A DNA stretch of 64,000 nucleotides from Calditrichia bacterium (GTDB lineage Bacteria; Calditrichota; Calditrichia; JAJRVZ01): assembly GCA_963777955.1 (NCBI GenBank), contig CAVZSQ010000021.1, positions 1 to 64,000 on the forward strand. Direction: 5' to 3'. Of this stretch, positions 10,964-22,358 are shown one piece after another (within the stretch, counting starts at the first letter, position 1; every line of letters begins with the position of its first letter). The notes beneath the pieces are model-generated. The model saw only the letters and a program-made list of their open reading frames with translations, ran no database searches and was not told the origin of the DNA. Both the position numbers and the translations under genes were made by a program.

Positions 10964-12162
10964 TTATTTCAAAACTGTAAACCTCCTCACCTGCACAAAA
11001 TCAGATCTTGTAACTGGTAAAAATATATTCCGCTGGCCAGATTGGAAGCATCAAAATGTATGGTATGAATCCCGCTTCCTGTTCCCCTTCCACCAGCGTG
11101 GCCACCTTTTGCCCTTGCAGGTTATAAATTGCCAATGTAACAAAGTCAGTTTTGGTTATTGAGATATTGGAATTTGGTGCTTGAATTGAAAGGATTCGGA
11201 TAATTCTGCTCCAATACCGGCGTGTCCGGCTGTAGACCCTGCCGGTAACCTGCGGCTATACGCCAGAAGCCTGCCCATCCCACCCGGCCAGCCGCGCCCA
11301 TAACCACCAGGCGGCATAGGCCTTTAAATTTCCGTTCAACGGCTGGGTATGGTCGGGACTGCAATCGTACCAGTCCACCCCCTCGCTGTGCGCAGCCTGC
11401 CACTCCAGCGGCCCAGTTGCCGCCGCCGTCATAATCACAGGCGTCGTTGACATGCTTGTCGCCGAAATAGTTGCCGTCCGGATCATAACATTCTATATCG
11501 TAAAAGTCATACAATATCTTATTGTTGTCTATACAGTACTGCCGGATCTGCTGATTGTTGATATGCAAAGTACCGTCCAGACCGGAACCGTCGGAATGAC
11601 CGGTCATGTAAACGAATTTCACCCCGGAATAATCCAACTCCAGTTGATTCATCCGGTCCAGATAATATCCGGATACTGCTTCCGCGGGATAGCCGGACAA
11701 CTGCCCGCACCAGGACCAGATGATCACGTTCATCTCGGGATGATTGCTGCCGCGACCCAGCAGATCGGGTACCCCTAAATAAGCCCGCGTCTCGGCAACC
11801 CAGGCGGTATCGTAACCGGCATCATGGTCCAGATCGCCGCTACCATACTGATCCCCTTCAAATAAATGCAGCGCACCGTCGGTTCCTTCATGATTCCAGG
11901 CAAATAAATTATCGGTATAACCGCCCTTGCTGTTCATGAAACCGACCAGACCGTTCATGCCGGCAATAAGCTGATTGCCATGGGAGGTATGACCGTAACC
12001 GATATGCAATTGCGCTTTGGCTGTTTCCACTGCACTTATTGGAATATTGTAAATGTTGGTACAGGTGTGGTCGACGATGATCGCCTGAGAGAAAAGTGAA
12101 TTGCAGTAAAATACCAAATAATCCAAATTCCAAATCCCAAATACATGAACATTCTTTTTCAT
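10964..12162 (-). CDS. Secreted protein with C-terminal Por/FlgD-type sorting domain (frameshifted)
   Basis: IGYGHTSHGNQL...WSWCGQ...DIECYDPDG conserved-looking core. C-terminal LEQNYPNPFN..AIYNLQGQKVATLV..ASGIYFYQL. Confidence 0.7.
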
Positions 12163-12272
12163 GATACACCCCTCCTAAGTCGGTATTTATTATATAAATC
12201 GGCTGGATTCAGACTACAGGTAAGATATTTATTATTTATTTTTAAAACATTGATCTGAAGCACATGAAAATA

Positions 12273-12353
12273 AAAGGCTGAAGGAAAAAGGATAAAGGAT
12301 AAAGAAAATCTTTATCTTTGGCCCTTTGCCTTTGACCTTTGGCCTTTAAACCT
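12273..12353. repeat. Inverted pair of 7-mer tandem arrays (AAGGATA / CTTTGGC)
   Basis: AAGGAAA AAGGATA AAGGATA ... CTTTGGC CCTTTGC CTTTGAC CTTTGGC. Confidence 0.55.
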
Positions 12354-12357
12354 GAAA

Positions 12358-14098
12358 TTAATTGATAGGTTTTAACGTGAACGCAACGTCCTGGCCTACA
12401 TATTGACCCCGGCCGTCCTCAATCTTCAGTACGGGGATTTTAAATTCCACTGATCCGTTCTTCACAGTCACCTTCTGCTCATGGAAGAACCGGCCACCCC
12501 AGGTGTGATATAACTTCAAATTATAATCACCATCAACCAGTGACGAAACATTTACTTTCGCACCTGATACATCGGAGTCAGGATTCACCACCCAGCCAAA
12601 AATAAGTTGATCGCTCTTCATGGCAAAGGCGTCCCCTTCCGATGCTTTAACTTCAACGACAGCAACATTTGTCAGTTTGGAAAATGGTATGGTAGCTGCA
12701 AAACGATTTATGCTGGTCAATTGATGGGTGACCAGGTTGTCATTCAGATAATCGGAATAGGCCCACCAGAACGGCGTCATGGCCATACCGGTAGCCAGTC
12801 CCGCCCACAGGGCATTATGATAAAGGGCCAGATACCCCGGCATGCCGGGTTCATAAAAGGTATGATCCCAGCCGGTCTCACCCATGATTACCGGTTTCTG
12901 ATACCCTTTCCACAGTTTGCGGATCTCGGTGACATAATTCATATAACTCAATTTCAAAGGATGTACATCGCCGGGATCGATCTTCCCGTCCTGCAGTATG
13001 GGAAATCCCTGCCCTTCATAGATCTCCCGCGCGGCCAGATCGAAAATCTTATACCCTTCATACCAGAATTCCTGACTCCCGCCGCTGCGGGTGCCGGTGG
13101 TTAGATGACCATACGGATCGTTGGCTTTAAAATAATCATGAACCTTTCGCGCCCACCTGGCAGCGTCCATGGTATCACCATGCGCCCAGCCGTCGGTGCC
13201 GTTGACTTCATCGACGATAAACCAGATCCCCAGCGCCCGGCTATAAGCCCAGCGGGCAATGATATAGCGGTACAATTTTTCCTGGTACGTCCAGGATTCC
13301 TTACTTTTAAAGAAATCTTTGGCCGCACAGACAAACTGGTAGGGATTGGTATACCAGCGCTTGTTGAATCCCGGCCAGACCGTCTCCGACAGATAGGAAT
13401 GGAACCAGATATTCAGACTTAAAATAAGATCCTTCTCTTCACACCATTTTACCAGATTATCAACCCGCTCGCAGACGCCCTGATCATAACGCCCGACACC
13501 GCTGCCGATAGTTTCCAGGGGCATCATCACCGCACTGATAAAGTTGACTCCAACCTCTTTCAATTGATCCAGATCCTCACGCGGATTTTCCCCCCGGTCA
13601 CCCCAGCCCGGAGGAATCAAAGCACTGTTGTACCACATGCCCACTCCGTAAAAAGGGGTGCCGTCGGTATGTTCCAGGTAACGGTGATTGGCCGTCAGCA
13701 ATTCGCAGCGGACCATGATATTTGGAAGGAATTACCTGGAAGGTATCGGCCTGACTGCTTGTACTGCCGGTCTTATCCTTTACTTTTAGAAAATAAGTCC
13801 ACGAACCGGTTTCATCGGGCGAAAACCGAAGCATCCATAATGAATGTGCATAGTAATAGAAAGCAGGGATATTCCATATTTTTCCTGAGGGCGCTGTATA
13901 AGTGACCATAATATCGATCTCTTCCGGATCGAAGGGATTGTTATAAACCGTATTCAAATCAAATACCGCTTCGAATTTTTCGTATTGCCCGACGGTATCT
14001 TTCATCACACGGATGTGTTGTACTGCAGGATTGCTGTATGTAATTGTGGTGCTTGTGAATAAAAAGATTATCAAAAATAACGAAAATGTTTTTTTCAT
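12358..14098 (-). CDS. DUF5060-like N-terminal domain + clan GH-A (GH5-like) glycoside hydrolase (frameshift near 13700)
   Basis: Signal peptide MKKTFSLFLIIF, YNNPFDPEEI..RFSPDETGSW, HTDGTPFYGVG, and putative catalytic IVDEVN and VIMGETG. Confidence 0.75.
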
Positions 14099-14331
14099 AT
14101 ATGGATCCCCAGAAAGTATTCTTACTCTGCGTTCTTTGCGTCGAAGACCTTTGCGCCCTCTGCGTTTTGCTTTTTTAAACACAAAGGACGGGGTAAGATA
14201 CTTTAAGACGCCAGGAACTTCTTTTCCCTTTACCCTTTTACCTTTGGCCTTAGAATCCACACACCCCGTCCGGCTTCGGCGTCCACCCCTCTCCAGAGGG
14301 GAAATTCAATTCGTTCTTCTGGCTTAGGAAC

Positions 14332-14843
14332 TCAGGGACTCAGGTACTTCTTTACCGATTGCGGCATCATTCTCTCATTCGATAATAATATCAGCGAATA
14401 AACTATCTTGCTGGCCTGTCCGCGTTTATAAAGATAAATTTTTAAATAATAAGGATTATAATTATAACCGGAAAAATAAATATCAAAATTATAATAACAA
14501 ATACATTTGGCTGTACCAAATGTTGTATCATTTAATGTAATTTCCAGGTTTTGATTTTCCAGATACTGGGCTACTTCAAAGTACGCAGCACAGTTATAAT
14601 TCATGCCGATCGAAATCTTCAGGATATCATCATTTATAGAATAATACACGGTATCATTTTTAAATTCGGAGACAATTTGGCTGATATTTTGTATACTTTT
14701 CCCGTTACACCCACCATAAATCGTATGTAAATATTGTAATTCACTGAAATTCTGATCTGCGTTGTTGGTTCCCTGTCCACATGAAAATAAAATAATAAAA
14801 AAAGAGCAGAAATAATAATGAAGAGAATCTTTGAAGATTTCAT
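14332..14843 (-). CDS. Hypothetical exported/lipoprotein (frameshifted)
   Basis: GGAGG RBS and hydrophobic N-terminus. NYNCAA...KCICYY Cys motifs. Confidence 0.5.
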
Positions 14844-15003
14844 GATTCCTCCTACCTCAAATCCAATCCCAATGTTTACATCAGGGATTGAAATTATTTA
14901 AATCACCTAACGTCTTAATGGAAAATCTATTATTAATATCCGCTATATTTTTTCTGAACGCAACAGTTTATCTGTTATAATCCCCACCCTGTTTGCCGCA
15001 TCA

Positions 15004-15099
15004 GGGTCGTCTCGACTCCGCTCGACGACCGGTTTGCGGTCCCCGCGCGGAGTCTAGGGGACACTCTGTGCCTCAGGGCCGGAGTGCCTAAGTGCCTTT
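15004..15099. repeat. REP-like palindrome plus GTGCCTAA tandem array
   Basis: GGTCGTCTCGACTCCGCTCGACGACC and GTGCCTCAGGGCCGGAGTGCCTAAGTGCC. Confidence 0.55.
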
Positions 15100-16202
15100 T
15101 TACTTCTCCGTCAACACCGCCACCAGTTTCTGATCCCGGGCCCCCTGCTTATCCACCACCGGAAAATCCCCTTTATAACACCAGTGACTGTAAGCGATTT
15201 TGTTCTCATTAAAAATAGTGCAGACGTCGCTGTACCAGCGCAGCCGCAGGTCTTCGGGAATGGTGGGATACACGCCATACTCCCCGCAATATAACGGCAG
15301 ATTATTTTCTCTGGCCACCTTGATGGCCGGAGACATAACCTTTGTCAGCACATCATGATCAAAATAACCGTTGGCATAACTTCTCATCACCGCTACCGTC
15401 GCGGCCGACAGGTTACGATAATTCAATGTATCGACGATCCATCCGGGATAATTGACCGCTCCGGAATATTCGGCAATGGGCGACCAGGACGCCAGGTGGT
15501 GAGTCAACGCCATCGGTGTATAAAAATGAAAACTCAGAATGATATTACGGTCATTCCCGGGAATTTTTAAATCGGGGAAAGTATCGGGAATCTGCCAGCG
15601 GTTCGAACCGAGTACTACTTTTCGGTCCGGCTCCCGCAAACGGATATCGGCCAGTACTTTATTAAACAGGTTGTTCCAATCCTGCGGATTGTCGGCTACC
15701 GCTTCGTTCAGAATTTCATAGGCCAGTTTATTATTGGGATATTGACGCATTTCTGCAGACAATTGGCGCCACAGTCCGACCAGTTTTTCCTGTTCGGCCG
15801 GATCAGTCCAGAGGGGATTGCTGGCGGCAATAAAATGATGCGAGCGGATAATATGCAAATCCACAATCACCCGCAGATTGGCCTGCAAAGCCCACTTGAT
15901 CGCATTATGCAGTAATGTCCAGCCTTCGTTTTCTTTTTGGCCGAGTGAATCCCATAACTGAACTTCGTCAACCGGAATGCGCACATGATCGAAACCCATG
16001 GCGGCGATGGTATCAAAGTCTGCTTTGGTAATATAGTTCAGCCGCTCGGTGCCCCGCGCATCACTTTGCGACAGCCAGTGGCTTACATTAACGCCGGTAC
16101 GGATGGTGAATTCATCCGAACCGGATTTTGAAACCGTATTACAACTGCCCGGCAATAGAATATAGATCAGTATCCCTGTTATCAATAATGTTGTTTTAAC
16201 AT
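15100..16202 (-). CDS. Glycoside hydrolase family 5 (endoglucanase-like), probable lipoprotein
   Basis: GVNVSHWLSQ, GFDHVRIP, VDLH, YEILNE, FHFY, YCGEYG. Confidence 0.92.
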
Positions 16203-16229
16203 GTTTTCCTCACCATTTTGAGTTTCTTT

Positions 16230-16540
16230 CGGCGCTGAAGCCCACGACCCTTGAATCCTTACCCTTACTATATAAGGGTAGGGGACATAGCATGGGTCGT
16301 CTCAATCGGCGCTGGGAAGCGCCTCCTACAATCCTTTGCCTCTGTCCTGAGCGGTAGATCCTACAGTCTGTCACAGCGCCAGACGCTCCGACTTTAACCA
16401 TTACCCTTCCTGAAACAACCCCCTTACCCTCTTTATTAAGGGGGAACTAAGTGCCTTAGTGCCTTGTGCTATATTCCTCTGTGCCCTTTGTATCTCTGTC
16501 CCTCTGTCGTCCTTTGTGCCTTAGTGCCTCAGTGCCTTAT
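16230..16540. repeat. GTAG-type REP remnants, CCCCCTT/AAGGGGG hairpin and GTGCCTTA arrays
   Basis: GTAGGGG..., GGCGCTGGGAAGCGCCTCCTAC, AACCCCCTTACCCTCTTTATTAAGGGGGAA, GTGCCTTAGTGCCTCAGTGCC. Confidence 0.55.
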
Positions 16541-17022
16541 TTCTTATTCCCCAACACCTCCAATATATTATACTTCTTCGCCGTGGGAACTTCCTGGCAG
16601 TAGATCGAAATTCCTTTTTGGATCAGGGTTCGTAGATCTTCGACATCCCGGGGAGCTAAAAAAACATACGGCAGATATTTCCGGCGGTCTTCGGCATAGT
16701 GCATACCGCCTAAATTAGCTTCGTCGGGTGCAAATCCATTCTCGGTTAACTCCAGTAAAACCTGCGGTGACTTCACCAGGATAATGGTTTTGTCCAGATT
16801 CGCCTGTTCGCGGGATAAAAAATCCCTGGTATCTCCGGTACCCAGGATAATAGCCTGAAGATTACCCGGTACACAGGTTAAATATAACTGTTTTTCCCAT
16901 TCATTAGCGGCTACAGCGTTATCACATAACAGGATACGCTTACTCTTCAAATGTTTAGCCCAGCTCAAAACAACCTGCCCGTGTATCAGCCGGTCGTCAA
17001 TACGTATTAATTGCACCTTCAT
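16537..17022 (-). CDS. PTS mannose/sorbose-family EIIB component
   Basis: RIDDRLIHGQV motif. Confidence 0.93.
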   Translation of the reverse strand: MKVQLIRIDDRLIHGQVVLSWAKHLKSKRILLCDNAVAANEWEKQLYLTCVPGNLQAIILGTGDTRDFLSREQANLDKTIILVKSPQVLLELTENGFAPDEANLGGMHYAEDRRKYLPYVFLAPRDVEDLRTLIQKGISIYCQEVPTAKKYNILEVLGNKK

Positions 17023-17028
17023 TGCGTT

Positions 17029-17418
17029 TCAAACCTCTAAACGCGTGATACCCTTGCTGCCGTCAAGTATTGCTTTATCGAGCAGATCATCGAAAGCGAG
17101 CTCGTTCCGGTAATTAAAGTAGGAAATCAACATCGGCAGATTTACACCGGCAATGGCGGTCAACTGCGGATACTGCTGACGCAACATTCCGGCCAGATTC
17201 CAGCAACTCCCGCCTTTCAGATCGATAAAGACCACCACTTTTTCAGCCTGTTGTTCTTTGATCTGCTTGAGTATTTTTTGCAGCAGTACCGCTAAAGCAT
17301 CCTGCTGGTTGGAAAAAGTAAATACTCCCTGCTGTGGACCTAACACCTTTTCAACCGTTCGTAGTATAGCTGCAGCAAAATCTTCGTGGGCAATTATAAA
17401 AGTCGAAATCGTCTTCAT
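17029..17418 (-). CDS. PTS mannose-family EIIA component
   Basis: IIAH, DLKGGS, IAGVNLPML. Confidence 0.9.
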   Translation of the reverse strand: MKTISTFIIAHEDFAAAILRTVEKVLGPQQGVFTFSNQQDALAVLLQKILKQIKEQQAEKVVVFIDLKGGSCWNLAGMLRQQYPQLTAIAGVNLPMLISYFNYRNELAFDDLLDKAILDGSKGITRLEV

Positions 17419-18407
17419 TCAAAATCTTTTGACCAGGTATCCCCGGGTGACTGGTTTTTGCCGGTCATCTTATTCTTCATATAATTTTTCAGGCGCTGGT
17501 CAAATTCCTTGGCGGTATGATAACCATGCGATTTCAATAACTGGTTCATGGCAATGGTTTCCGAAATAACCGTCATGTTTTTACCCGGATTGATCGGCAG
17601 TACGATCTTGGCGATGGGCACATCCAGGATCGTGACCGTACTTTCCTGCAGACCGGTTCTTTCGAACGTTATTTTCGAATCCCAATCGACCAGGTGTACT
17701 TCCACCTCCAGCCGTTTGCGCAGGCGGACGCTGCGGATACCGAATATTTTTTTAATGTCAATGATGCCCAGACCGCGTAATTCAATGTGATGTTCAGCCA
17801 GTTCGGTGCCCTTGCCGGTCAGAACATCATCGGCCGTGCGGGTGATCATCACCAGGTCATCGGCGACCAGACGATGGCCGCGCTCCACCAGGTCCAGGGC
17901 AACTTCACTCTTGCCGATGCCGCTGCGGCCGGTGAACAGCAAACCGACACCGTATACATCCACCAGCGAACCATGCACTGAAATGGTCGGGGCAAATTTA
18001 AGATCCAGATAATCGCCCATCAGGTGGTTCAGATTGGTCGTGCTCAAAGGGGTGCTGAAGATGGAAATATATCTGCGTACCGCCGCCTGCACCAGGTAAG
18101 GGGGCAAAGAATTGCCATTGGTGACAATGATGCAGGGAATTTCAAATTCAATAAAGCGGTCAATGGAATGGTTCAGTTGATCTTCGCTGAGAGTATTGAG
18201 ATATCTTATTTCCGTATTGCCTAAAATTTGTATGCGGTCATAGGTAAACAGGTCGACAAAACCGGCCAGAGCCAGACCGGGTCTGTGCGTATCGCTCATA
18301 GTGATACGCCGGCTGAAACCATTCTCGGAGTTGACCAGGGATAATTTCAACCGTTCTTTATTATCCTTATAGAAATTCCGAACCGTGATAAAATCAATAG
18401 AAGCCAT
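17415..18407 (-). CDS. hprK: HPr kinase/phosphorylase
   Basis: RPGLALAGF, GRSGIGKSE, LVADD, IELRGLGII. Confidence 0.96.
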   Translation of the reverse strand: MASIDFITVRNFYKDNKERLKLSLVNSENGFSRRITMSDTHRPGLALAGFVDLFTYDRIQILGNTEIRYLNTLSEDQLNHSIDRFIEFEIPCIIVTNGNSLPPYLVQAAVRRYISIFSTPLSTTNLNHLMGDYLDLKFAPTISVHGSLVDVYGVGLLFTGRSGIGKSEVALDLVERGHRLVADDLVMITRTADDVLTGKGTELAEHHIELRGLGIIDIKKIFGIRSVRLRKRLEVEVHLVDWDSKITFERTGLQESTVTILDVPIAKIVLPINPGKNMTVISETIAMNQLLKSHGYHTAKEFDQRLKNYMKNKMTGKNQSPGDTWSKDFE

Positions 18408-18476
18408 TTTTCTTCTACTATTAATCTCCCTCAAATTTCTTAAGCGATAATATACCTATTTGCCCGGTGAAAATCT

Positions 18477-18508
18477 AAAAAATAATGGGCATCACCCGGG
18501 ATGCCCAT
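18477..18508 (-). terminator. Intrinsic terminator after hpf
   Basis: ATGGGCATC-N6-GATGCCCAT with a U-tract on the minus strand. Confidence 0.65.
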
Positions 18509-18533
18509 CATGAATCAGAGTTGACCCACCCGC

Positions 18534-18857
18534 TCACTCCATGAATTCATTTTCCCTGACCGCGCGTGCTTTGAAATCACGCTGTTTCTCTTTATGCCGT
18601 TTGATCTGGCGGGCCAGATTGTCCAGCGCCAGATCGATCGACTTGAATATATCCTCGCTTTTTTCGCTGACTATGATAACCTTATTATACATCTTGACCT
18701 TCAGGTCCACGATCTGGACCTGTTTTTCATAAGAGAGAACCACCTCGGTATCCAGGACACCTTCGTACATCCGGTTCTTACGATCAATTTTTTCACTGAT
18801 ATATTTCTTTACACGTTCCGGTACTTTGTAACCTCTGGCGGTGATCGAAAGATTCAT
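18534..18857 (-). CDS. hpf: Ribosome hibernation promoting factor (RaiA/HPF)
   Basis: ITAR...SEDIFKSIDLALDNLARQIKRHKEK. Typical hpf-hprK synteny. Confidence 0.9.
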   Translation of the reverse strand: MNLSITARGYKVPERVKKYISEKIDRKNRMYEGVLDTEVVLSYEKQVQIVDLKVKMYNKVIIVSEKSEDIFKSIDLALDNLARQIKRHKEKQRDFKARAVRENEFME

Positions 18858-19780
18858 GAATCCCTCCTTCTTTGCTTTTGAGATTTTTCTGAACCGCCCG
18901 GATGAGCCCGGGCATAAATTTTTTTCAAATGATCAATGGATGTATGAGTATATATTTGAGTGGTGGATAAATTGGCATGTCCCAGCAGATCTTTCACGGC
19001 CCGGATATCCGCTCCCTGATTCATCAGATGCGTGGCAAAAGAGTGCCGCAATACGTGCGGGCTCTTCTTCTTAATATCGGATATTTTTTGCAAATATTTA
19101 CCGATGACGCGATAAATCGCCATGGCATACATGGGTTGCCCGGATTCCAGGATAAAGACATTTTCCACGCCCGGCCGTACCTGCTGCGCACGCAGCGGCA
19201 GGTAATGATCCAGGCAGTTAATGGCATAACTGCCGATGGGTACCACCCGTTCCTTTTCGCCCTTGCCCAGCACCCGGATCAAACCCTGTTCGCTCAGCAG
19301 ATCCTTCAGTTCCAGGGCCATTAATTCAGCGCGGCGAATCCCGGAGGCATAAAATAATTCCACAATTGTGCGGTCGCGGATTCCCTCGAAAGTATTTTCG
19401 GCCGGCATCTTCAGGATTTCGGTCATATTCTCGACCGAGATAAATTCGGGCAGATGTTTTTCGAAACGGGGTGTTTTAACTGCCAGGGTTGGATTTTTGC
19501 TGTTCAGTTGCTGCCGGCCCAGGAAAGTATAAAACGATTTAACCGCTGCCAGTTTGCGGGCAATGCTGATCTTGCGCAGGTTGCGTGAGGCCAGCCAGCC
19601 CAGATACTCGCGGATGATCCGGCGGTCCACGGCCGACCAGTCTGCTGTTTCCTGCTTCAACTGCCGCTGCAGGAATGATTCGAATTGCACTAAATCATTC
19701 TGGTAAGAATCAACCGTATGTTCGGAATACCGTCGTTCCAGTTTGATATATTTGATATACTCGCGGATAAAACGATGCAT
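18854..19780 (-). CDS. xerC: Tyrosine recombinase XerC
   Basis: ERRYSEHTVDSYQNDL, GIRRAEL, SPHVLRHSFATH, LLGHANLSTTQIYTH, YARAHP. Follows topA. Confidence 0.9.
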   Translation of the reverse strand: MHRFIREYIKYIKLERRYSEHTVDSYQNDLVQFESFLQRQLKQETADWSAVDRRIIREYLGWLASRNLRKISIARKLAAVKSFYTFLGRQQLNSKNPTLAVKTPRFEKHLPEFISVENMTEILKMPAENTFEGIRDRTIVELFYASGIRRAELMALELKDLLSEQGLIRVLGKGEKERVVPIGSYAINCLDHYLPLRAQQVRPGVENVFILESGQPMYAMAIYRVIGKYLQKISDIKKKSPHVLRHSFATHLMNQGADIRAVKDLLGHANLSTTQIYTHTSIDHLKKIYARAHPGGSEKSQKQRRRDS

Positions 19781-22047
19781 TAAGCCTCGTTCTTGATTAC
19801 CACACTACTAGTTTTACATTCCGGACACAGCAAAAAGTTCCCCTTGGCTTTGCTGTATTTTTCCAGCAGATACGGATGGCCGCAACTGCTGCAGGAACTG
19901 TTTACCGGTTTATCCCAGCTGACAAAATCACAGTTGGGATAGCGTGAGCAGCCATAGAATAATTTCCCTTTCTTACTGCGGCGCTGGATAACATCGCCGC
20001 CGCAGCCGGGTTTGGGACACTTGATCCCCAGGGGGATGGCCTTGGTGTTTTTACAGGCCGGATAATTGGAACAGGCTAAAAACCGGCCATAACGGCCGAC
20101 TTTATAGATCATCGGATTGCCGCATTTTTCGCAGACTTCATTGCTTTCCTTGGGCTCATCTTCGCCGTTCAGCGGTTTGGTATTTTTGCAATCCGGATAA
20201 CCGCTGCAGGCCATAAATCTGCCATTACGCCCCCAGCGGATGATCATCGGTTTTCCGCACAGTTCGCAGACGGTATTGGTTTCTTCCTGTAATTCCGATT
20301 TGATCTGCTCGCGCTGGGTCTGCGCCTTCTGCATGGAGACGGTAAAGGGTTGATAAAAATTATGCATCACTTCTTCATACTTCAATTTATGGGCGGCAAT
20401 TTTATCCAACTCGTCTTCCATCTCCGCAGTGAAAGTCACATTAAAAATATCCGGAAAATTGTTAACCAGAATTTTATTGACCGTTTCACCCAGTTCGGTA
20501 GCCCACAGTTTATTTTCTTTTTTCTCCACATATTTCCGGGCCAGGATGGTGTAAATGATCTGGGCATAGGTACTGGGACGGCCAATGCCCAGCCGGTCCA
20601 GTTCCTTGACCAGTGAACTTTCCATAAAGCGGGCCGGCGGTTTGGTAAAATTTTGTTTGGAATCCAGATCCTGTAACTGCAAAGGTTCATGTTTATGTAA
20701 TCCGGCCGGTATGGTGACCGACTCGCTATCTTCGCCATTTTCTTTCTCCAGGGTGCTGGCATCGAAGACTTTCAGATAACCGTCGAACACCTGGGTCTCG
20801 CCCTCGGCGCGGAACAAATATTCGTTCCCGCCGATATCCACCACGGTTTTGTCAAAGAGCGCTTCCTGCATCTGGCAGGCCACAAAACGTTTCCAGATCA
20901 GATCATATAATTTATACTGTTCTGGCGACAGGTGCTTTTTCAGTTTCTCAGGATTATAATCAGAATCGAGATAGGTCGGACGTATGGCCTCGTGGGCATC
21001 CTGGGCGGATTTTTTGCTGCGGTAATGGCGGGCATGTTCCGGCAGATATTCCTTGCCGTAATCATGCTGGATCATTTGCCGGGCTGCCTGGATCGCCTCA
21101 TTGCTGATCCGTGTTGAATCGGTGCGCATGTAGGTTATCAGGCCGACGCTGTCTTTACCGGGAATTTCCACCCCCTCGTACAGTTGCTGGGCGATGCGCA
21201 TAATCCGGCTGGTGGAATAGCGCAGCAAACGGGCAGCTGCTTGCTGCAGCGTACTGGTGATAAATGGCGGAGCCGGAGTTTTTTTCAGTCTTTTGGTGGT
21301 CAGTTCCAGAATCGAGAGATTTGATTTTTTAATTCGTTCAACATGCCCGGATGCTTCTGCTTCATTTTTGATCTCTGCTTTAATTGCCGGCTGATCAGCA
21401 CCGGTCTGGATTTTGACCAATTTCGCCCAGAAGGGGGTCTCGGGTTTTCCGCGGACCAGAATCTTAATCGTCCAGTATTCTTCGGGCTTAAACTGGCGGA
21501 TACTCTCTTCCCGCTCGCAGATCAGCCGCAGAGCCACGGACTGAACCCGGCCGGCACTGAGTCCGCGATAGATCGTCTTCCACAGGATCGGGCTGACCTG
21601 GTAACCAACGATCCGGTCCAGTACCCTTCTGGCCTGCTGGGAGTAAACCATGGCCATATCTATTTCCCGGGGAGTTTCAAAAGCCTCGCTAATTGCCTGC
21701 TTGGTAATTTCATTGAATTCCACCCGCTTGACATCTTTTTTATCCCGCTCCAGAATCGAAAATATATGATAGGCAATAGCTTCGCCTTCGCGATCGGGGT
21801 CGGTGGCCAGGTATACTTTATCAACCTTGGCTGCTATACTTTTTAAATGCTTGATGATTTTTTCTTTGCCGCGTATCTTGATATATTGTGGTTTGAAACC
21901 TTGCTCGATGTTGACACCGAATTTGCTCTTAGGCAAATCGATGATATGCCCCACCGATGCTTCAACTTTGAAATTCTTACCCAGATATTTGTTAATGGTT
22001 TTAGCTTTACTCGGCGATTCAACAATAACCAGCGACTTCGTTTCCAT
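19780..22047 (-). CDS. topA: DNA topoisomerase I
   Basis: IVESPSKAKTI, ATDPDREGE, SAGRVQS, ITYMRTDS, C-terminal zinc ribbons. Confidence 0.98.
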   Translation of the reverse strand: METKSLVIVESPSKAKTINKYLGKNFKVEASVGHIIDLPKSKFGVNIEQGFKPQYIKIRGKEKIIKHLKSIAAKVDKVYLATDPDREGEAIAYHIFSILERDKKDVKRVEFNEITKQAISEAFETPREIDMAMVYSQQARRVLDRIVGYQVSPILWKTIYRGLSAGRVQSVALRLICEREESIRQFKPEEYWTIKILVRGKPETPFWAKLVKIQTGADQPAIKAEIKNEAEASGHVERIKKSNLSILELTTKRLKKTPAPPFITSTLQQAAARLLRYSTSRIMRIAQQLYEGVEIPGKDSVGLITYMRTDSTRISNEAIQAARQMIQHDYGKEYLPEHARHYRSKKSAQDAHEAIRPTYLDSDYNPEKLKKHLSPEQYKLYDLIWKRFVACQMQEALFDKTVVDIGGNEYLFRAEGETQVFDGYLKVFDASTLEKENGEDSESVTIPAGLHKHEPLQLQDLDSKQNFTKPPARFMESSLVKELDRLGIGRPSTYAQIIYTILARKYVEKKENKLWATELGETVNKILVNNFPDIFNVTFTAEMEDELDKIAAHKLKYEEVMHNFYQPFTVSMQKAQTQREQIKSELQEETNTVCELCGKPMIIRWGRNGRFMACSGYPDCKNTKPLNGEDEPKESNEVCEKCGNPMIYKVGRYGRFLACSNYPACKNTKAIPLGIKCPKPGCGGDVIQRRSKKGKLFYGCSRYPNCDFVSWDKPVNSSCSSCGHPYLLEKYSKAKGNFLLCPECKTSSVVIKNEA

Positions 22048-22170
22048 AAATATCCTTGCTTAAACTGCTTCCATCTGTAGATTACTACTAACTTTCCTGA
22101 AAATATATTTCTTTCTTTAGAAAATATAAATTCAACTGATAAACCGCAATATAACAGTACAAGAAGTATG

Positions 22171-22210
22171 CCGATCTTAAGATCGGTCTTACGACCGGTC
22201 TTAAGACCGG
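22171..22210. repeat. Three overlapping 16-bp palindromes with 12-bp period upstream of topA
   Basis: CCGATCTTAAGATCGG (22171-22186), TCGGTCTTACGACCGG (22183-22198), CCGGTCTTAAGACCGG (22195-22210). Confidence 0.8.
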
Positions 22211-22358
22211 ATTTTCGAATGCAATGAGAAAAAGGCAGGATTTTTTTTTCGAGATTTCAGCTATTATCTGTTCAATCAGAATCAAAGTGGGTCCGGAAAT
22301 TATTTAGCCGTAAAAAATACTTCTAACCCGGTTATTTTAAAATCATCCACGGATATGT

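Noticed and set aside
14099..14260. Basic N-terminal extension of ORF 13598-14260
   Set aside because: It is a translation of intergenic repeat DNA. The signal peptide starts at 14098.
16210..16401. Small ORF between GH5 and PTS EIIB
   Set aside because: Lies entirely in REP-like repeat sequence and has no RBS or motif.
18854..19780. Second mobile-element integrase
   Set aside because: Sequence and topA-xerC-hpf context indicate the chromosomal XerC.
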